A stretch of 64,000 nt of DNA from Calditrichia bacterium (GTDB lineage: Bacteria; Calditrichota; Calditrichia; JAJRVZ01): the NCBI GenBank assembly GCA_963796965.1, contig CAWCNS010000007.1, positions 672,001 through 736,000 of the forward strand. Reading direction: 5' to 3'. The notes under the pieces were generated by a model. The model saw only the letters and a program-made list of their open reading frames with translations. It was not told the DNA's origin and searched no databases. Numbering within the stretch: position 1 is the stretch's first letter; each line of letters opens with the position of its first letter. Positions 33,321-45,312 of the stretch are shown here, piece by piece. The position numbers and the translations under genes were made by a program.

Positions 33321-34898
33321 TCATTGGCTGTCGGTATAAATCAAAATCCTGTCCAGCCAAACTTCGTACCCTTTTTCAGGATTTAAAAGTCGAATTTTAC
33401 ATTATGTGTCTTTGGCGATAAATTGTATTTCCAACATATTTCATGTCGTCGCCGGGTAAAATCCGTGGGCAGGATCGCCTTTTCGATGGATACGCCATCC
33501 ACCCAGACCTCTATCTCAGGGTTTTCATTATCTTTTTTTATCTGGCCATCTTTAGCAATCGCCCTGCCCTTAACAATAAATCCAACGCCCTCAAATTCAA
33601 ATGAATAATCTCTGCGCCCGGTCTTCAATTTTTTGTTATTTTCCTCCACAAGCCTAACCTGCAGCGGATAATGATTTAAAAATCCCTTTTCAAATTTTAC
33701 GGGAATCGGTTTTTGCACTTTGATTGATATATCATTTTCGGAGGCTATCCCCCCATTGTTCTCAATATTTGTTACAGCATGATCAAAACCCATCTTGTAG
33801 ACATCATTCAGGGAAATGGTTGTGTATTTAAAATCGAGATCCTCAACTTCCTCTAAACCCTGTTTCCAATAGTCCGGAATTTGATTATATCCCAACATTG
33901 TTCCCAGAATACCGGCAGCACTTGCAGGATTACAGTCCGAATCCTGTCCACAACGCGTACTGATATCAATAGTTTTGCCATAATCTCCATTGCCGTATAA
34001 TAAGCCAATAACGATATAGGCTGCATTAATTTTAGCATCAATATTAAAAGCAGTAAATACACCATCCGGACATCCGATGTCAGAAGACCATTTTTTCTCA
34101 CATTCGAACCATGTGGCCTTCCAGTCATCAGGATACTGGTGATACCAGCTGATGACTTCGGAAATACATTTATAAAAGTCACTTTGTGCAGGGATACTTT
34201 TTAATCCTTCCCTTACAATGATCTCAACATCATCTGAAATAAAGGCCAGGGAATACATGGCTGCCACATAGACGCCGCCATACCAGCCATCACCATAATT
34301 CATAATATGTCCAATTTTATCACATATCTCGCTTGACGTATTTACCATGCCAGGCGACATAAGTCCTGCAAAATCGGCTTCGATCTGGAAATCTATATCC
34401 TCAGAATGGGGATTGTTTTCCCAGTATCCGGTGGCGGGGGGTTCGATCCCGTTAAGAATATTGTAACGTGCCGCCTGATTGGCATGCCATAATTTATACT
34501 CTGCATGGGCAAAGGCGTTGGCATGAGAAGTGGCCGGTGCATCTAATCCCTCTTTATCAAAGACTTCCACAAAGGTCAGATCCATATAGATATCATCATA
34601 CAATCCGGGGACATTGTCATAATACCATTTCATACGATCTTTATCCCATGTTATGGGTGTATAATCCTGGATCATGGTTCCACAGAACTTGAATTCCGTC
34701 GGACCACCATAAGTACAGCCAATCACCTGCCCGGCCCAACCGCCTTTAATTTTATCTAACAAGATATCTTTTTGCAGTACTAAAGTCGGAGGAAAGAGGA
34801 CTGAATCATTTGTGTCTGTCTTTTGATCTCTTTTCTTCGCATCCCGGTAAAATGCTAACAATACTAAATAGCACAACAGAAATTGTTATCCATTTCAT
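33321..34898 (-). CDS. ADP-ribosylglycohydrolase-family lipoprotein, frameshifts near both ends
   Basis: DKIKGGWAGQ.IG...G.P.E, DDIYMD and GQDSDCN. ATG 34898 gives signal MKWITISVVLFSIVSILPGC. Confidence 0.82.
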
Positions 34899-34984
34899 TT
34901 TTATAGCATCCCTTATGTTTAGAATTATTTGATTTTTTAATTAATTACAAATCTTTGCAGGATTTTCGTCTTTGGTTGAGATAA

Positions 34985-35490
34985 AAGATAACCACAAAGG
35001 ACACTAAGAAGCCTCAAAGTTCACAAAGAAAGATTATTTCTATTTATAAGATCACAGTTCATCAAAGTCAGCGGTTTTAATTGTATACTTTTTAATCAGC
35101 GTGATCAAATATCTCAATCTTTTCGTTGCGCTCGTTGCGCCGCTGCGTGAAATTAAAAGAAAACCACAAAGTACTCAAAGAAGGCGCAAAGTACACAAAG
35201 AAAAGCTTATTAAATTTTTTATATCATAGTTTATTAAGACCACCGGTTTTAATTTTATATTTTATAATTAGCATGATCAAAGACCTTAATCTTTTCGTTG
35301 CGATCGTTGCGCCGCTGCGTGAAAAAAAAGATAACCACAAAGTGCACAAAGAACTCAGAGAAAAATGATATGCTAAGAATTACCTCCCCCTTTTTTCCCC
35401 TCCTTCGTAAGGAGGGGACTGAGGGGGTGGTAGTTTATAAATTATTTAATTTCCTCTGCGAACTTTGCGTCTCAGCGTCTCTGCGAGAAA
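34985..35490. repeat. Diverged ~172-bp duplication built from family A repeats, plus a family B hairpin
   Basis: AACCACAAAG starts near 34990, 35162 and 35333. CTTTTCGTTGCG.TCGTTGCGCCGCTGCGTGAAA occurs twice. CCCCTCCTTCGTAAGGAGGGG lies at 35397-35417. Confidence 0.7.
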
Positions 35491-35548
35491 GAGAGAACTA
35501 CACAAACCACCTTAGAACGTTCATAACGATATTATCTAAATCTTTAAA

Positions 35549-37387
35549 TCACTTTGCCCATTTTTCCATTTCGGGATTGGGATCCCAATATGAGCCAGGC
35601 TCAAAATATTGCCATAAAAGTCTGGAAACTTCTCGTATTAACACATACCCTGCGTTGTCATAGTCCCAGCTGGTATCTTTCTGATTTTTGGTAATAATGC
35701 AAAAAACATAATCACCGGAGGGTGCATTAACCAGAACAACCTCCGATCGTGATGCATTAACACTCCCTGTTTTGATGCTGCCTGTATGTAAGGCGGAATT
35801 TGGGACAACGCTTCGCCATTCCAGTATATATTACACAAAACACGGTACATTTCCTCACTGGCTGACAGGCTGATCGCTCTGTCTTCCCTTATCATAACTA
35901 AGCAACTCGGCCATCTCCCGCGGTGTGGTTTGGCCCCATCCATAGATTTCCCGGTCTTTTTCCCGGCCGGGTGTCCGTGAATTCACCCGTGTCTTCTCAA
36001 ATCCATGATCCGATAACCACTTATTGATATCGGTTCCGGTTCCGGCTAACTTCTGACACCATAAACTGGCCGTATTATCACTGGTCGTGATCATAAGCAT
36101 GATCACTTTACTTAATTTAATCTTCTCACCTTCTTTAAATGAGCCCAAGATATCTTCACCTGCATACAAGAGTGAATCATAATAGACCTGATCTTCATGA
36201 TAATCGAGTTGTCCCGACTTTATCTTATCAAATGTCGTAAGTAAAATGGGTACTTTGATCATACTGGCGGTTGGGAATAATTCATCGGCATTTATGGCTG
36301 CTGTCCGCCCTGTGGCCAGATGATGGACATAAATCCCCACATTTCCATCAAAACCTTCAAATAAGTCAGCCAGTTTTTTTGCTAATATGGGATCATTCTT
36401 TTCCGATTTTCCTCTTTGTGTGAACCCATCATAGTTTTTCCAATGGCAATCAAACCGCTCCAGAAAAGGAAAAAATCCTTCTTTTTGGCCAATATGAATT
36501 CCCCAGGCGATCATTTTTCCTTTTCCTGAATCGAGGAAGGCTTCCGGTCGATAAGCACCCGGGGCTGACGGAACACGAGTCAGATCATCCATTTTTCTAA
36601 AATTGATTCCATCTTCAGTGTATTGGAGGGTTTTAGCAATTTCTTTTGGACCGGCATTGCTGATCAGGGCAACGATACCTTTTCCATAGGGCCATACCAA
36701 TACTTCATGACCGGCTTGAATAATCGGATTGCCCTCATATTTGACGTAGGGACCACCGGGATGATCGGCGATAGCCACCCCCATTTTCGTATGTCCGGGT
36801 GTATTGTCCCACTGCCTCCCCTTAAAATAAAGCCAGTACTTACCATTGCGAAAAATCAAACAGGCATCATCAACGCGCATGCTATCGAACTTTCTGGGAT
36901 CATCACTTGCCTTGAGAATTGGATTTTGGTTAAGCTTTTTCCATGGCCCCTCAGGAGAATTTGATACCGCAATTCCAATGGCTGTCTTAGTAATATTCGG
37001 ACCGGAATTATAAAAGGGTTTTGGTACCGCTGTATAAAAAAGCCAGTAGTGATCCTCTGCGACCAGGATATTTGGTGTAAAAACACTCTGTTCATCCCAA
37101 CTACCAATCGGACCACGGGGCAATGCTTCTCCCATTTCAACCCACTTATGACCATCTGAGGATATGGCATACCATATAGTAGCATTGTAACCGGAAACCT
37201 GTCTCCCTTTTGTATACCAAACATAATACTGATCTTCAACTTTGATAATATCGCTGGGATCCCGGCGCATGACACCTTCTTCAGCCCCGAGACCATGAGC
37301 AGGTGTGGTTTTGACATCTGTGGACCAATTTTGGGCTGACACAGTCTGGATTATTAATAAAAACAGGAACAGATACCACAAGCGCAT
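35549..37387 (-). CDS. GH117-like beta-propeller fused to class A beta-lactamase-like serine hydrolase, frameshifted C-terminus
   Basis: RRDPSDIIK, WYAIS.DG..W, SVFTP and GHE, then in the same frame FPTASMIK (SxxK), SDN and TTPREM. KQG and the tail follow in other frames to the stop at 35549. Confidence 0.75.
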
Positions 37388-37390
37388 AAG

Positions 37391-38932
37391 TTATTCCCCC
37401 CTTATCCCATTTTTTAACGCTGCAATTCTGAATTTATAATAATCTTTAAATTCTTGTTTCGGATACCGGCAGAGATATATTCTCGTACCATTTTCTCTAA
37501 AATATTTATCTTCAACTGTGGTCATAAGTTGTACATCCCTAAAACGAGCAGGCAAAAAGGACTCAGGTTTTATATCATTATTCAGGTCTGAATGGACCCA
37601 AATCAAATACTCTTTTGTAAGACTATCGGGAGCCCAAAAGGCAAAACTTCCATTAATAGAAATCGGTTGAGGTATATTCGCATCTTTACCATAAAACATC
37701 ACTGCACCGGCTTGTCCATAATGATAGCAAAAGATATCGCAATTTTCACGATCTTCTGAATTAAGGGTAAGATAAGTCTCCACAACTTTATTACCGACCT
37801 GTGTCCACCCTGTCATATCGGCCAAGTCCTGGGGAATATCATGATTAACCCCGTCCTCCCAGCGGAAAGCATCTTTTTGCACGGCATCTTCGAAACTAAT
37901 GAAGGGTATCCCATCGAATGACAATGAAACATAAAGGGATATGAACATTGAAGGAATAAGAATAGCAGTGATATAGAGGAGATACTTTTTGAAATACTTT
38001 TCAATAATATAGGCGCCAAAAACAAACAGGATCGGGTACACTCCCAATGAATAATAAGGCTTACCATGTCCTATGATTAATACTGTAATTACAATCAGAT
38101 AGAGGATCCCGAATAACCTGTATTGATTTTCTTTTTTTAAGAATAATATGGCAACCAACCCCGTCACCCATAAAAGAAGGCCTTGAATATTCATTAAAAT
38201 CTGGCTCACAATAAAATCTGAGAGACGTACATGAACCAATTGTGTCCTCTGTAAATCACTCATATGATGCAACACTGGCCAGTTGTGCTCATATTGCCAG
38301 AGAAGATTAGGAAAAATTAGGCCTAAACCCAGAATAAGGGCCATGACAAAGTATTTGGAGGCATATAGATATCGATATGGAGAGATTAAGAGTGAAACTA
38401 CAAAGGCAAAGGCAAAAAAGACGATGGAATATTTGTTCAAAAATGCCAGGGCGAAGACAAGTGCAATCCAGATCCAGAATTTAGGATCATTTCTTTTAAT
38501 CATGAGGAGTATCAGATAACCACCAAGTAACCAGTAAAACTGATTAAAACATACCGGCTGGTATAAAGCATTGGTATGAAGATAGCTAGGGGATAAGAGA
38601 TAGGCCAGGCTGGCCAATATTAGCGCGGTATTTTTTCCTCTCAGCTCTTTTACCATTAATCCGATAATGACTAAATTAAATGAACCGATCAGAGCAGGAA
38701 AGAATCTCAAACCGAAGGTCGTATTTCCGAAGATAAGCGTGGCAATCTTGCCAACAACGGCAATTGAGGGCGGAACCGCCACATAACCCCAGGCCAGATG
38801 TTCGCTCTGGGCATAATAGAGATAGGCATCGCGGTGCAACTCATAATTTGCATAGGTGAGGAAATGGACTAATAATTTTGCCAGCGCAAAAATGAGGATA
38901 ATCATCCATTCTTTGCTGATTTTTACTGACAT
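37391..38932 (-). CDS. GT-C membrane glycosyltransferase (GT39/ArnT/PMT_2-like)
   Basis: HRDA..Y......LAWGY...PP, R.FPAL, L.KY, PNL.WQ and YGQAGA, with many TM helices. Confidence 0.85.
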   Translation of the reverse strand: MSVKISKEWMIILIFALAKLLVHFLTYANYELHRDAYLYYAQSEHLAWGYVAVPPSIAVVGKIATLIFGNTTFGLRFFPALIGSFNLVIIGLMVKELRGKNTALILASLAYLLSPSYLHTNALYQPVCFNQFYWLLGGYLILLMIKRNDPKFWIWIALVFALAFLNKYSIVFFAFAFVVSLLISPYRYLYASKYFVMALILGLGLIFPNLLWQYEHNWPVLHHMSDLQRTQLVHVRLSDFIVSQILMNIQGLLLWVTGLVAILFLKKENQYRLFGILYLIVITVLIIGHGKPYYSLGVYPILFVFGAYIIEKYFKKYLLYITAILIPSMFISLYVSLSFDGIPFISFEDAVQKDAFRWEDGVNHDIPQDLADMTGWTQVGNKVVETYLTLNSEDRENCDIFCYHYGQAGAVMFYGKDANIPQPISINGSFAFWAPDSLTKEYLIWVHSDLNNDIKPESFLPARFRDVQLMTTVEDKYFRENGTRIYLCRYPKQEFKDYYKFRIAALKNGIRGE

Positions 38933-39081
38933 AGATTTACTCTAAATTGTTAAATTATACTTTTATATAGTAAATAGATCAAGGATTTAACCATGAACTC
39001 GTCTCCCAGCGTAGCGATCCCCTTGAACAGTCCCTTCTCTAAAACGGATGGAGATAGAAACACATGACCTCACCCCTTAAT

Positions 39082-40861
39082 GGGGCTGTATCAAAAGTCT
39101 TTAGTAAAACTCTTTAAAGTATTAAATTGTCTTATACTCATAAGTTAAGACAAATAGGATTTTTATGAAAAAATTTAAAGAGATCAATCAACACCAAATG
39201 AGTGTATTGCCTCCCAGTCTTGATGAGTTGGTTGAGGCTAACCATTTGGTTCGCATTGTTGATAAATTTGTTTCACTGCTTCCTTCCAGACTTTGGGATG
39301 AGATTTTTTCAGGGGGTGGCGCCCCATCGTATCATCCGGCTTTAATGCTAAAAGTGATTCTTTATGCCTATTCTCAGAAGATATATTCCTGCCGTGATAT
39401 TGCAAAAGCGGTTCGCCAGGATATTACCTTTATGTGGCTTACCGGCATGCAAAGGCCGACCTTTAACACGGTCAATCGTTTCCGAACCGAGTATTTTAAA
39501 GATATTCTTGAAGATATATTCACCGAGTTGTTGGATTTCCTGCATGGCAAAGGTTATATATCCTATCAGGATTTCTTTGTTGATGGCACCACACTTGAAG
39601 CCAATGCCGGACGATACACCCATGTTTGGAGCAAGAATACAGCGCGTTATAAATCTGCGGTTAAAAAGCGTGTTCAACTCTTCTTGAGGAAATTGATAAA
39701 ATGAATCAGGCCGAAGATCACAAATACGGTGATGCCGATCTGCCTGAACGGGGGGAAGACACCGATATTTCCTCAGAAGAACTACGGAATCTTACCGCCG
39801 AGTTAAGTGATCATCTTTCGAAGATTTCCGATAAAAAGAAAAAACAGAAAATGGAAACCGCTAAAAACCGTCTGAACAAAGAAGCAGACAAACTGGCTAA
39901 ATATGAAGGTCAGGAAGATCTGCTTTCAGGGCGGAATTCCTATTCAAAAACCGATACGGATGCAACCTTCATGCGCATGAAAGACGATCGTTTGCGTGCA
40001 GCCTATAACGCTCAAATCAGCACTGAGAACCAATTTATTACCAACTATTCAATCAGTCAAAATCCCTCGGATACCGTGACCTTTCCCGATCATCTTGAAA
40101 AAATCGAGCAACGTGGTGAAACCTATAAACCAAACAACTACATGGGTGACTCGGCATATGGCAGTGAAGAAAACTACTCTTTACTTGCCGACCATAACAT
40201 TCAAAATTATTTGAAGTACAATACATTTCACCCTGAGAAAAAGAAACATTTTAAGAAAAACAAACCCTTTCATAAAAGTAATTTTACATATAACATCCAA
40301 GAGGACTGCTTCATTTGTCCTGCTGGTAAAAAACTCACATACCAAAAAACATTTCAAGCAAAGAGCAAAACAGGATTTATCTCTGATGTCCGTGTTTATG
40401 AGTTTCAAGCCTGCCGTGCGTGTGCATTCAAACCGCAATGCACAAAATCAAAAAACAACCGGCAAATTCATTACAACGTGAAACTTGAAAAATTTAAAGC
40501 GCAGGCAAGAACCAATCTTGATTCACTGTATGGTATTGCCTTGCGAAAACGGCGCGGCCCTGAAGTTGAAACCTTTTTTGGAGATCTAAGACATAACTGT
40601 CGATTTAATCGATTTCTTCTTCGTGGCCTTGTAAATACAGAACATGAGTTCGGTCTTCTGGCAATAGCGCATAACTTAAGAAAAATAGCTAAAGATGCGC
40701 TTAACAATGTGTCTGATAGTGCATATATTACTGATATTTTTGCGTTTCTAAAGGAATTCATGTGTTTTCTAACTCAATTGCTTAAAAGACAAAAGAATTT
40801 CCATTTTTCCCAAAATATCCGGGATTATTCACTTGTATATCAAAACTTTTGATACAGCCCC
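39082..40861 (+). mobile_element. IS1182-family insertion sequence, copy 1
   Basis: Terminal IRs GGGGCTGTATCAAAAGT / ACTTTTGATACAGCCCC. Confidence 0.92.
39165..40852 (+). CDS. IS1182-family transposase, frameshifted by one missing G near 39677 relative to copy 2
   Basis: YHP..MLKV.LYAY, VDGT.LEANA, S.TD.DATFM, YNAQ, DSAY and R...VET.FG. Confidence 0.9.
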
Positions 40862-40962
40862 AAGCTTAACGCCGGTTTATGCTGCTTAGAATTCAATTTA
40901 ACTATAAAATTCATACGCCAAATTACTGCTCAGTTTCTGAAGTTTTAATCATATATTATTTT

Positions 40963-42743
40963 GGGCTGTATCAAAAGTCTTTAGTAAAACTCTTTAAAGT
41001 ATTAAATTGTCTTATACTCATAAGTTAAGACAAATAGGATTTTTATGAAAAAATTTAAAGAGATCAATCAACACCAAATGAGTGTATTGCCTCCCAGTCT
41101 TGATGAGTTGGTTGAGGCTAACCATTTGGTTCGCATTGTTGATAAATTTGTTTCACTGCTTCCTTCCAGACTTTGGGATGAGATTTTTTCAGGGGGTGGC
41201 GCCCCATCGTATCATCCGGCTTTAATGCTAAAAGTGATTCTTTATGCCTATTCTCAGAAGATATATTCCTGCCGTGATATTGCAAAAGCGGTTCGCCAGG
41301 ATATTACCTTTATGTGGCTTACCGGCATGCAAAGGCCGACCTTTAACACGGTCAATCGTTTCCGAACCGAGTATTTTAAAGATATTCTTGAAGATATATT
41401 CACCGAGTTGTTGGATTTCCTGCATGGCAAAGGTTATATATCCTATCAGGATTTCTTTGTTGATGGCACCACACTTGAAGCCAATGCCGGACGATACACC
41501 CATGTTTGGAGCAAGAATACAGCGCGTTATAAATCTGCGGTTAAAAAGCGTGTTCAAGCTCTTCTTGAGGAAATTGATAAAATGAATCAGGCCGAAGATC
41601 ACAAATACGGTGATGCCGATCTGCCTGAACGGGGGGAAGACACCGATATTTCCTCAGAAGAACTACGGAATCTTACCGCCGAGTTAAGTGATCATCTTTC
41701 GAAGATTTCCGATAAAAAGAAAAAACAGAAAATGGAAACCGCTAAAAACCGTCTGAACAAAGAAGCAGACAAACTGGCTAAATATGAAGGTCAGGAAGAT
41801 CTGCTTTCAGGGCGGAATTCCTATTCAAAAACCGATACGGATGCAACCTTCATGCGCATGAAAGACGATCGTTTGCGTGCAGCCTATAACGCTCAAATCA
41901 GCACTGAGAACCAATTTATTACCAACTATTCAATCAGTCAAAATCCCTCGGATACCGTGACCTTTCCCGATCATCTTGAAAAAATCGAGCAACGTGGTGA
42001 AACCTATAAACCAAACAACTACATGGGTGACTCGGCATATGGCAGTGAAGAAAACTACTCTTTACTTGCCGACCATAACATTCAAAATTATTTGAAGTAC
42101 AATACATTTCACCCTGAGAAAAAGAAACATTTTAAGAAAAACAAACCCTTTCATAAAAGTAATTTTACATATAACATCCAAGAGGACTGCTTCATTTGTC
42201 CTGCTGGTAAAAAACTCACATACCAAAAAACATTTCAAGCAAAGAGCAAAACAGGATTTATCTCTGATGTCCGTGTTTATGAGTTTCAAGCCTGCCGTGC
42301 GTGTGCATTCAAACCGCAATGCACAAAATCAAAAAACAACCGGCAAATTCATTACAACGTGAAACTTGAAAAATTTAAAGCGCAGGCAAGAACCAATCTT
42401 GATTCACTGTATGGTATTGCCTTGCGAAAACGGCGCGGCCCTGAAGTTGAAACCTTTTTTGGAGATCTAAGACATAACTGTCGATTTAATCGATTTCTTC
42501 TTCGTGGCCTTGTAAATACAGAACATGAGTTCGGTCTTCTGGCAATAGCGCATAACTTAAGAAAAATAGTTAAAGATGCGCTTAACAATGTGTCTGATAG
42601 TGCATATATTACTGATATTTTTGCGTTTCTAAAGGAATTCATGTGTTTTCTAACTCAATTGCTTAAAAGACAAAAGAATTTCCATTTTTCCCAAAATATC
42701 CGGGATTATTCACTTGTATATCAAAACTTTTAGATACAGCCCC
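40963..42743 (+). mobile_element. IS1182-family insertion sequence, copy 2
   Basis: Near-identical to copy 1. IRs GGGCTGTATCAAAAGT / ACTTTTAGATACAGCCCC. Confidence 0.92.
41045..42733 (+). CDS. IS1182-family transposase (intact, 562 aa)
   Basis: Same DUF772 plus DDE motifs as copy 1, in one frame. Confidence 0.93.
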   Translation: MKKFKEINQHQMSVLPPSLDELVEANHLVRIVDKFVSLLPSRLWDEIFSGGGAPSYHPALMLKVILYAYSQKIYSCRDIAKAVRQDITFMWLTGMQRPTFNTVNRFRTEYFKDILEDIFTELLDFLHGKGYISYQDFFVDGTTLEANAGRYTHVWSKNTARYKSAVKKRVQALLEEIDKMNQAEDHKYGDADLPERGEDTDISSEELRNLTAELSDHLSKISDKKKKQKMETAKNRLNKEADKLAKYEGQEDLLSGRNSYSKTDTDATFMRMKDDRLRAAYNAQISTENQFITNYSISQNPSDTVTFPDHLEKIEQRGETYKPNNYMGDSAYGSEENYSLLADHNIQNYLKYNTFHPEKKKHFKKNKPFHKSNFTYNIQEDCFICPAGKKLTYQKTFQAKSKTGFISDVRVYEFQACRACAFKPQCTKSKNNRQIHYNVKLEKFKAQARTNLDSLYGIALRKRRGPEVETFFGDLRHNCRFNRFLLRGLVNTEHEFGLLAIAHNLRKIVKDALNNVSDSAYITDIFAFLKEFMCFLTQLLKRQKNFHFSQNIRDYSLVYQNF

Positions 42744-42839
42744 GCAGGGGTGAGGTCCGTATCATTAACCTCACTCTGAGATCGCTTTTCTTCACTCCTT
42801 TTTATGCGAAATATTAGGGACAAAGGGTGACTTTGAAAC

Positions 42840-44877
42840 CTAAATTTTTCGATACGTAATCAACAATGAGCCCGGCCTTTCGATAATCTTAACCGTCAGG
42901 CCCTCTTTTAATTCCTGTCCGGACTTTACTGAAGTAGCACCATCATTTTCATAAATCAATTCATACATGACATCGTCATCCAGCCCCTTTAATTTGATAT
43001 GATAAGAGATCTCCTCATTAAAAGGACGCCTGAAAACCAGAACCATACCACTATTTAAATCCTGACGATGATATTGATAGGCCATCAATTTATGTAAGCG
43101 CGTTGTATATTCGGTCAACGGATAAAAATCACCTAGAAAAAAATGACGGATCTTTTTATATTCATCATAAATATACCGCGCCTGGTCTTTTGGAAAATTG
43201 TCGGTATAGAGGTTCCAGCCTGTCACCATTGAACTGGAATAGGTGCTACGAGCCGTATAAATATCAGGCACCGTGCAACCGGTACCATGATAAGGGAAAT
43301 AAAGGGATAATCCATAGGTATGATTCTGCCGCCCCGTGGGCTCCCTATAATTATAATCAGATCGCCATAGCGCCACACTACGGGAAATAGTTTCCAAATC
43401 TAAACGCCTTCCCCCACTGGCGCAATTGTCAATGATCAATCCGGGATGCCTCTCTAATAATTCATCCCAAAAAGCGTACAGACCTTCAATATGGCGAATT
43501 TCGGTCATACCCTGACGATCCGGTGCATCCATACTACGCCAAAAATCCAATGGACGCATATTAAAATCCTGGCGGTAAATCTCTACCCCATTATCTCTAA
43601 TCATTTTAGAAATGAAATCCGTCAGCCATTTCCTGGCTTCAGGAATGCCTAAATTAAAGAGGCCGCTCTCATATTCCGGTTCTTTTCTTATAATCCATTG
43701 GGGATGTTCTTTATCAAGCCAGGTACCGGGCCATACGCGTTCAGGTTCAAACCAGAGGAGAAACTTCATACCCATTTTATTGACAGCCTCTGATACCGGT
43801 TTCAAACCATTTGGGAAATGTTCCTTGCGCATATACCAGTTTCCAACATTCCGATACCAGCCACCCTCATCCCAATCCATACTACCATACCAACCGGCAT
43901 CAATCCACCAGTAATCGGCCTGGAGACCAAATTGCTGATAGCGTTCAGCGAGGGCGATCATGCTATGCTCGGTAGCGAGGGTAAACTCATTAAACATGAA
44001 AGCACCCCCATTACAGGAAAAAGGTCCGTTAATTGGTTTACCATTTTGTTGTGGAGCATGATGAGTTAGAATGAAGCGACGGAAAAGATTATGTCCGCGC
44101 AATCTTTCCTCCCCTTCCCAGAAAAGAAGTAAGATGCGTGGTGTACGAATCTTTTCACCCGGATGAAGTTTGAGATGGGTTTTTTCTAAACCGGCTTTCA
44201 GTAAAACACCTCCCTGTTCCTCTCTTTTTATCAAGGCCTGCCATTGGCCGGACCAGCCAATAGCAACCATGACGCCCTGTGATTCACCCTGGATATTAAA
44301 AAATGGGAATGCTGTCTCATCCGATGAACGCCCCCCTCTTGGCATCAGGACGAGTTTAGAATTCGTTTTGATTTCATCCAGTAGCGGGGCAAAATCATTT
44401 TGACCATGATTACTGCCGAGGGCATGATGCAGCAGATACTTTCCGCCCTCGCCAGCAAATAGCAGGACATCAGCAGCCTGAATGTTTTCAATTATGGGTG
44501 TATCTATCCCGCCTGAATTTTCAAACTCTACAATCCATTCAATTGCGGGGAAATTCGAGAAAGAAGTACCGATACATCTAACAATAAGTTTGGTCTTTGG
44601 ATCTGTATAAGCAAGAATATAGCGGGTTTTATTTTCGTCAATTCTATTTTTCCTAAGATCAGTTTTCCAATTAGAGAAGGAGAGAGGTAGATTTTTTACC
44701 TTCATAGAGAAATGAGAAAAATGGCACTGAACGTTCAGATAAATGTCTGGTAATCCACTCTTTTACCATTTCATTTTCATGTTGAATTATCGATCTTTCA
44801 TCCAACTCTCCACCCATCGTAAAGCTTGATAATATGAATAAATAAATTAATAAAATCCAAGTCAATACTTTTTTCAT
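42840..44877 (-). CDS. Alpha-galactosidase (GH36), frameshift near 4469x
   Basis: GGRSS, WWIDAGWY, G.W....FPNG, LWFEPE, YRQDFN, NCASGGRR.D and W.SD. The signal peptide is in ORF 44671..44877. Confidence 0.88.
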
Positions 44878-44989
44878 TGTATCTCCTTTAATTCAATAAT
44901 GATAACCATTTTGATCTAATCATGTCCCGCTTATAAATGGTTGTTGCAGTATAGGTTAAATTGCTTAATTTCGGGTGTAGCAAGGAAAT

Positions 44990-45092
44990 GTCTCCCCCTT
45001 TGAAAGGGGGACTAAGGGGGATGTAATTTACCTGCAAGTTTTGTAAAAACATCCCCCTACCCCCCTTCAAAGGGGGAATTAGATTTTGCTTA
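44990..45092. repeat. Family B inverted repeat pair (REPIN-like)
   Basis: TCCCCCTTTGAAAGGGGGACTAAGGGGGATGT ... ACATCCCCCTACCCCCCTTCAAAGGGGGA. Confidence 0.7.
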
Positions 45093-45312
45093 TTCGAATA
45101 GATAAAAATATTCTTCTATTAAAATTGTCTAATCTACACCAGCTCCAGAAAAGGGAGAATTAGATTTCAACATTCTGAAATTGTGCAATTTTTTATAGAT
45201 AGTCTATCGTTTATTTTTCACTCCTATTCCGAAATACCCAGGCTAATCCTTTGCGTCTCTGCGTCTTTGCGAGATATAATATCCAGGCTTTTCTTCATTT
45301 TTCCGCATTTCC

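Noticed and set aside
35126..35663. Two plus-strand ORFs starting MRSLRRCVK
   Set aside because: They are translations of the duplicated repeat unit and have no protein-like features.
35549..36400. Bona fide antibiotic-resistance beta-lactamase
   Set aside because: SxxK, SDN and KxG are present, but no clear omega-loop ExxLN was seen, so only a beta-lactamase-like serine hydrolase can be claimed.
39660..39705. Two-ORF IS1182 organisation
   Set aside because: Copy 2 has an extra G here and a single intact ORF.
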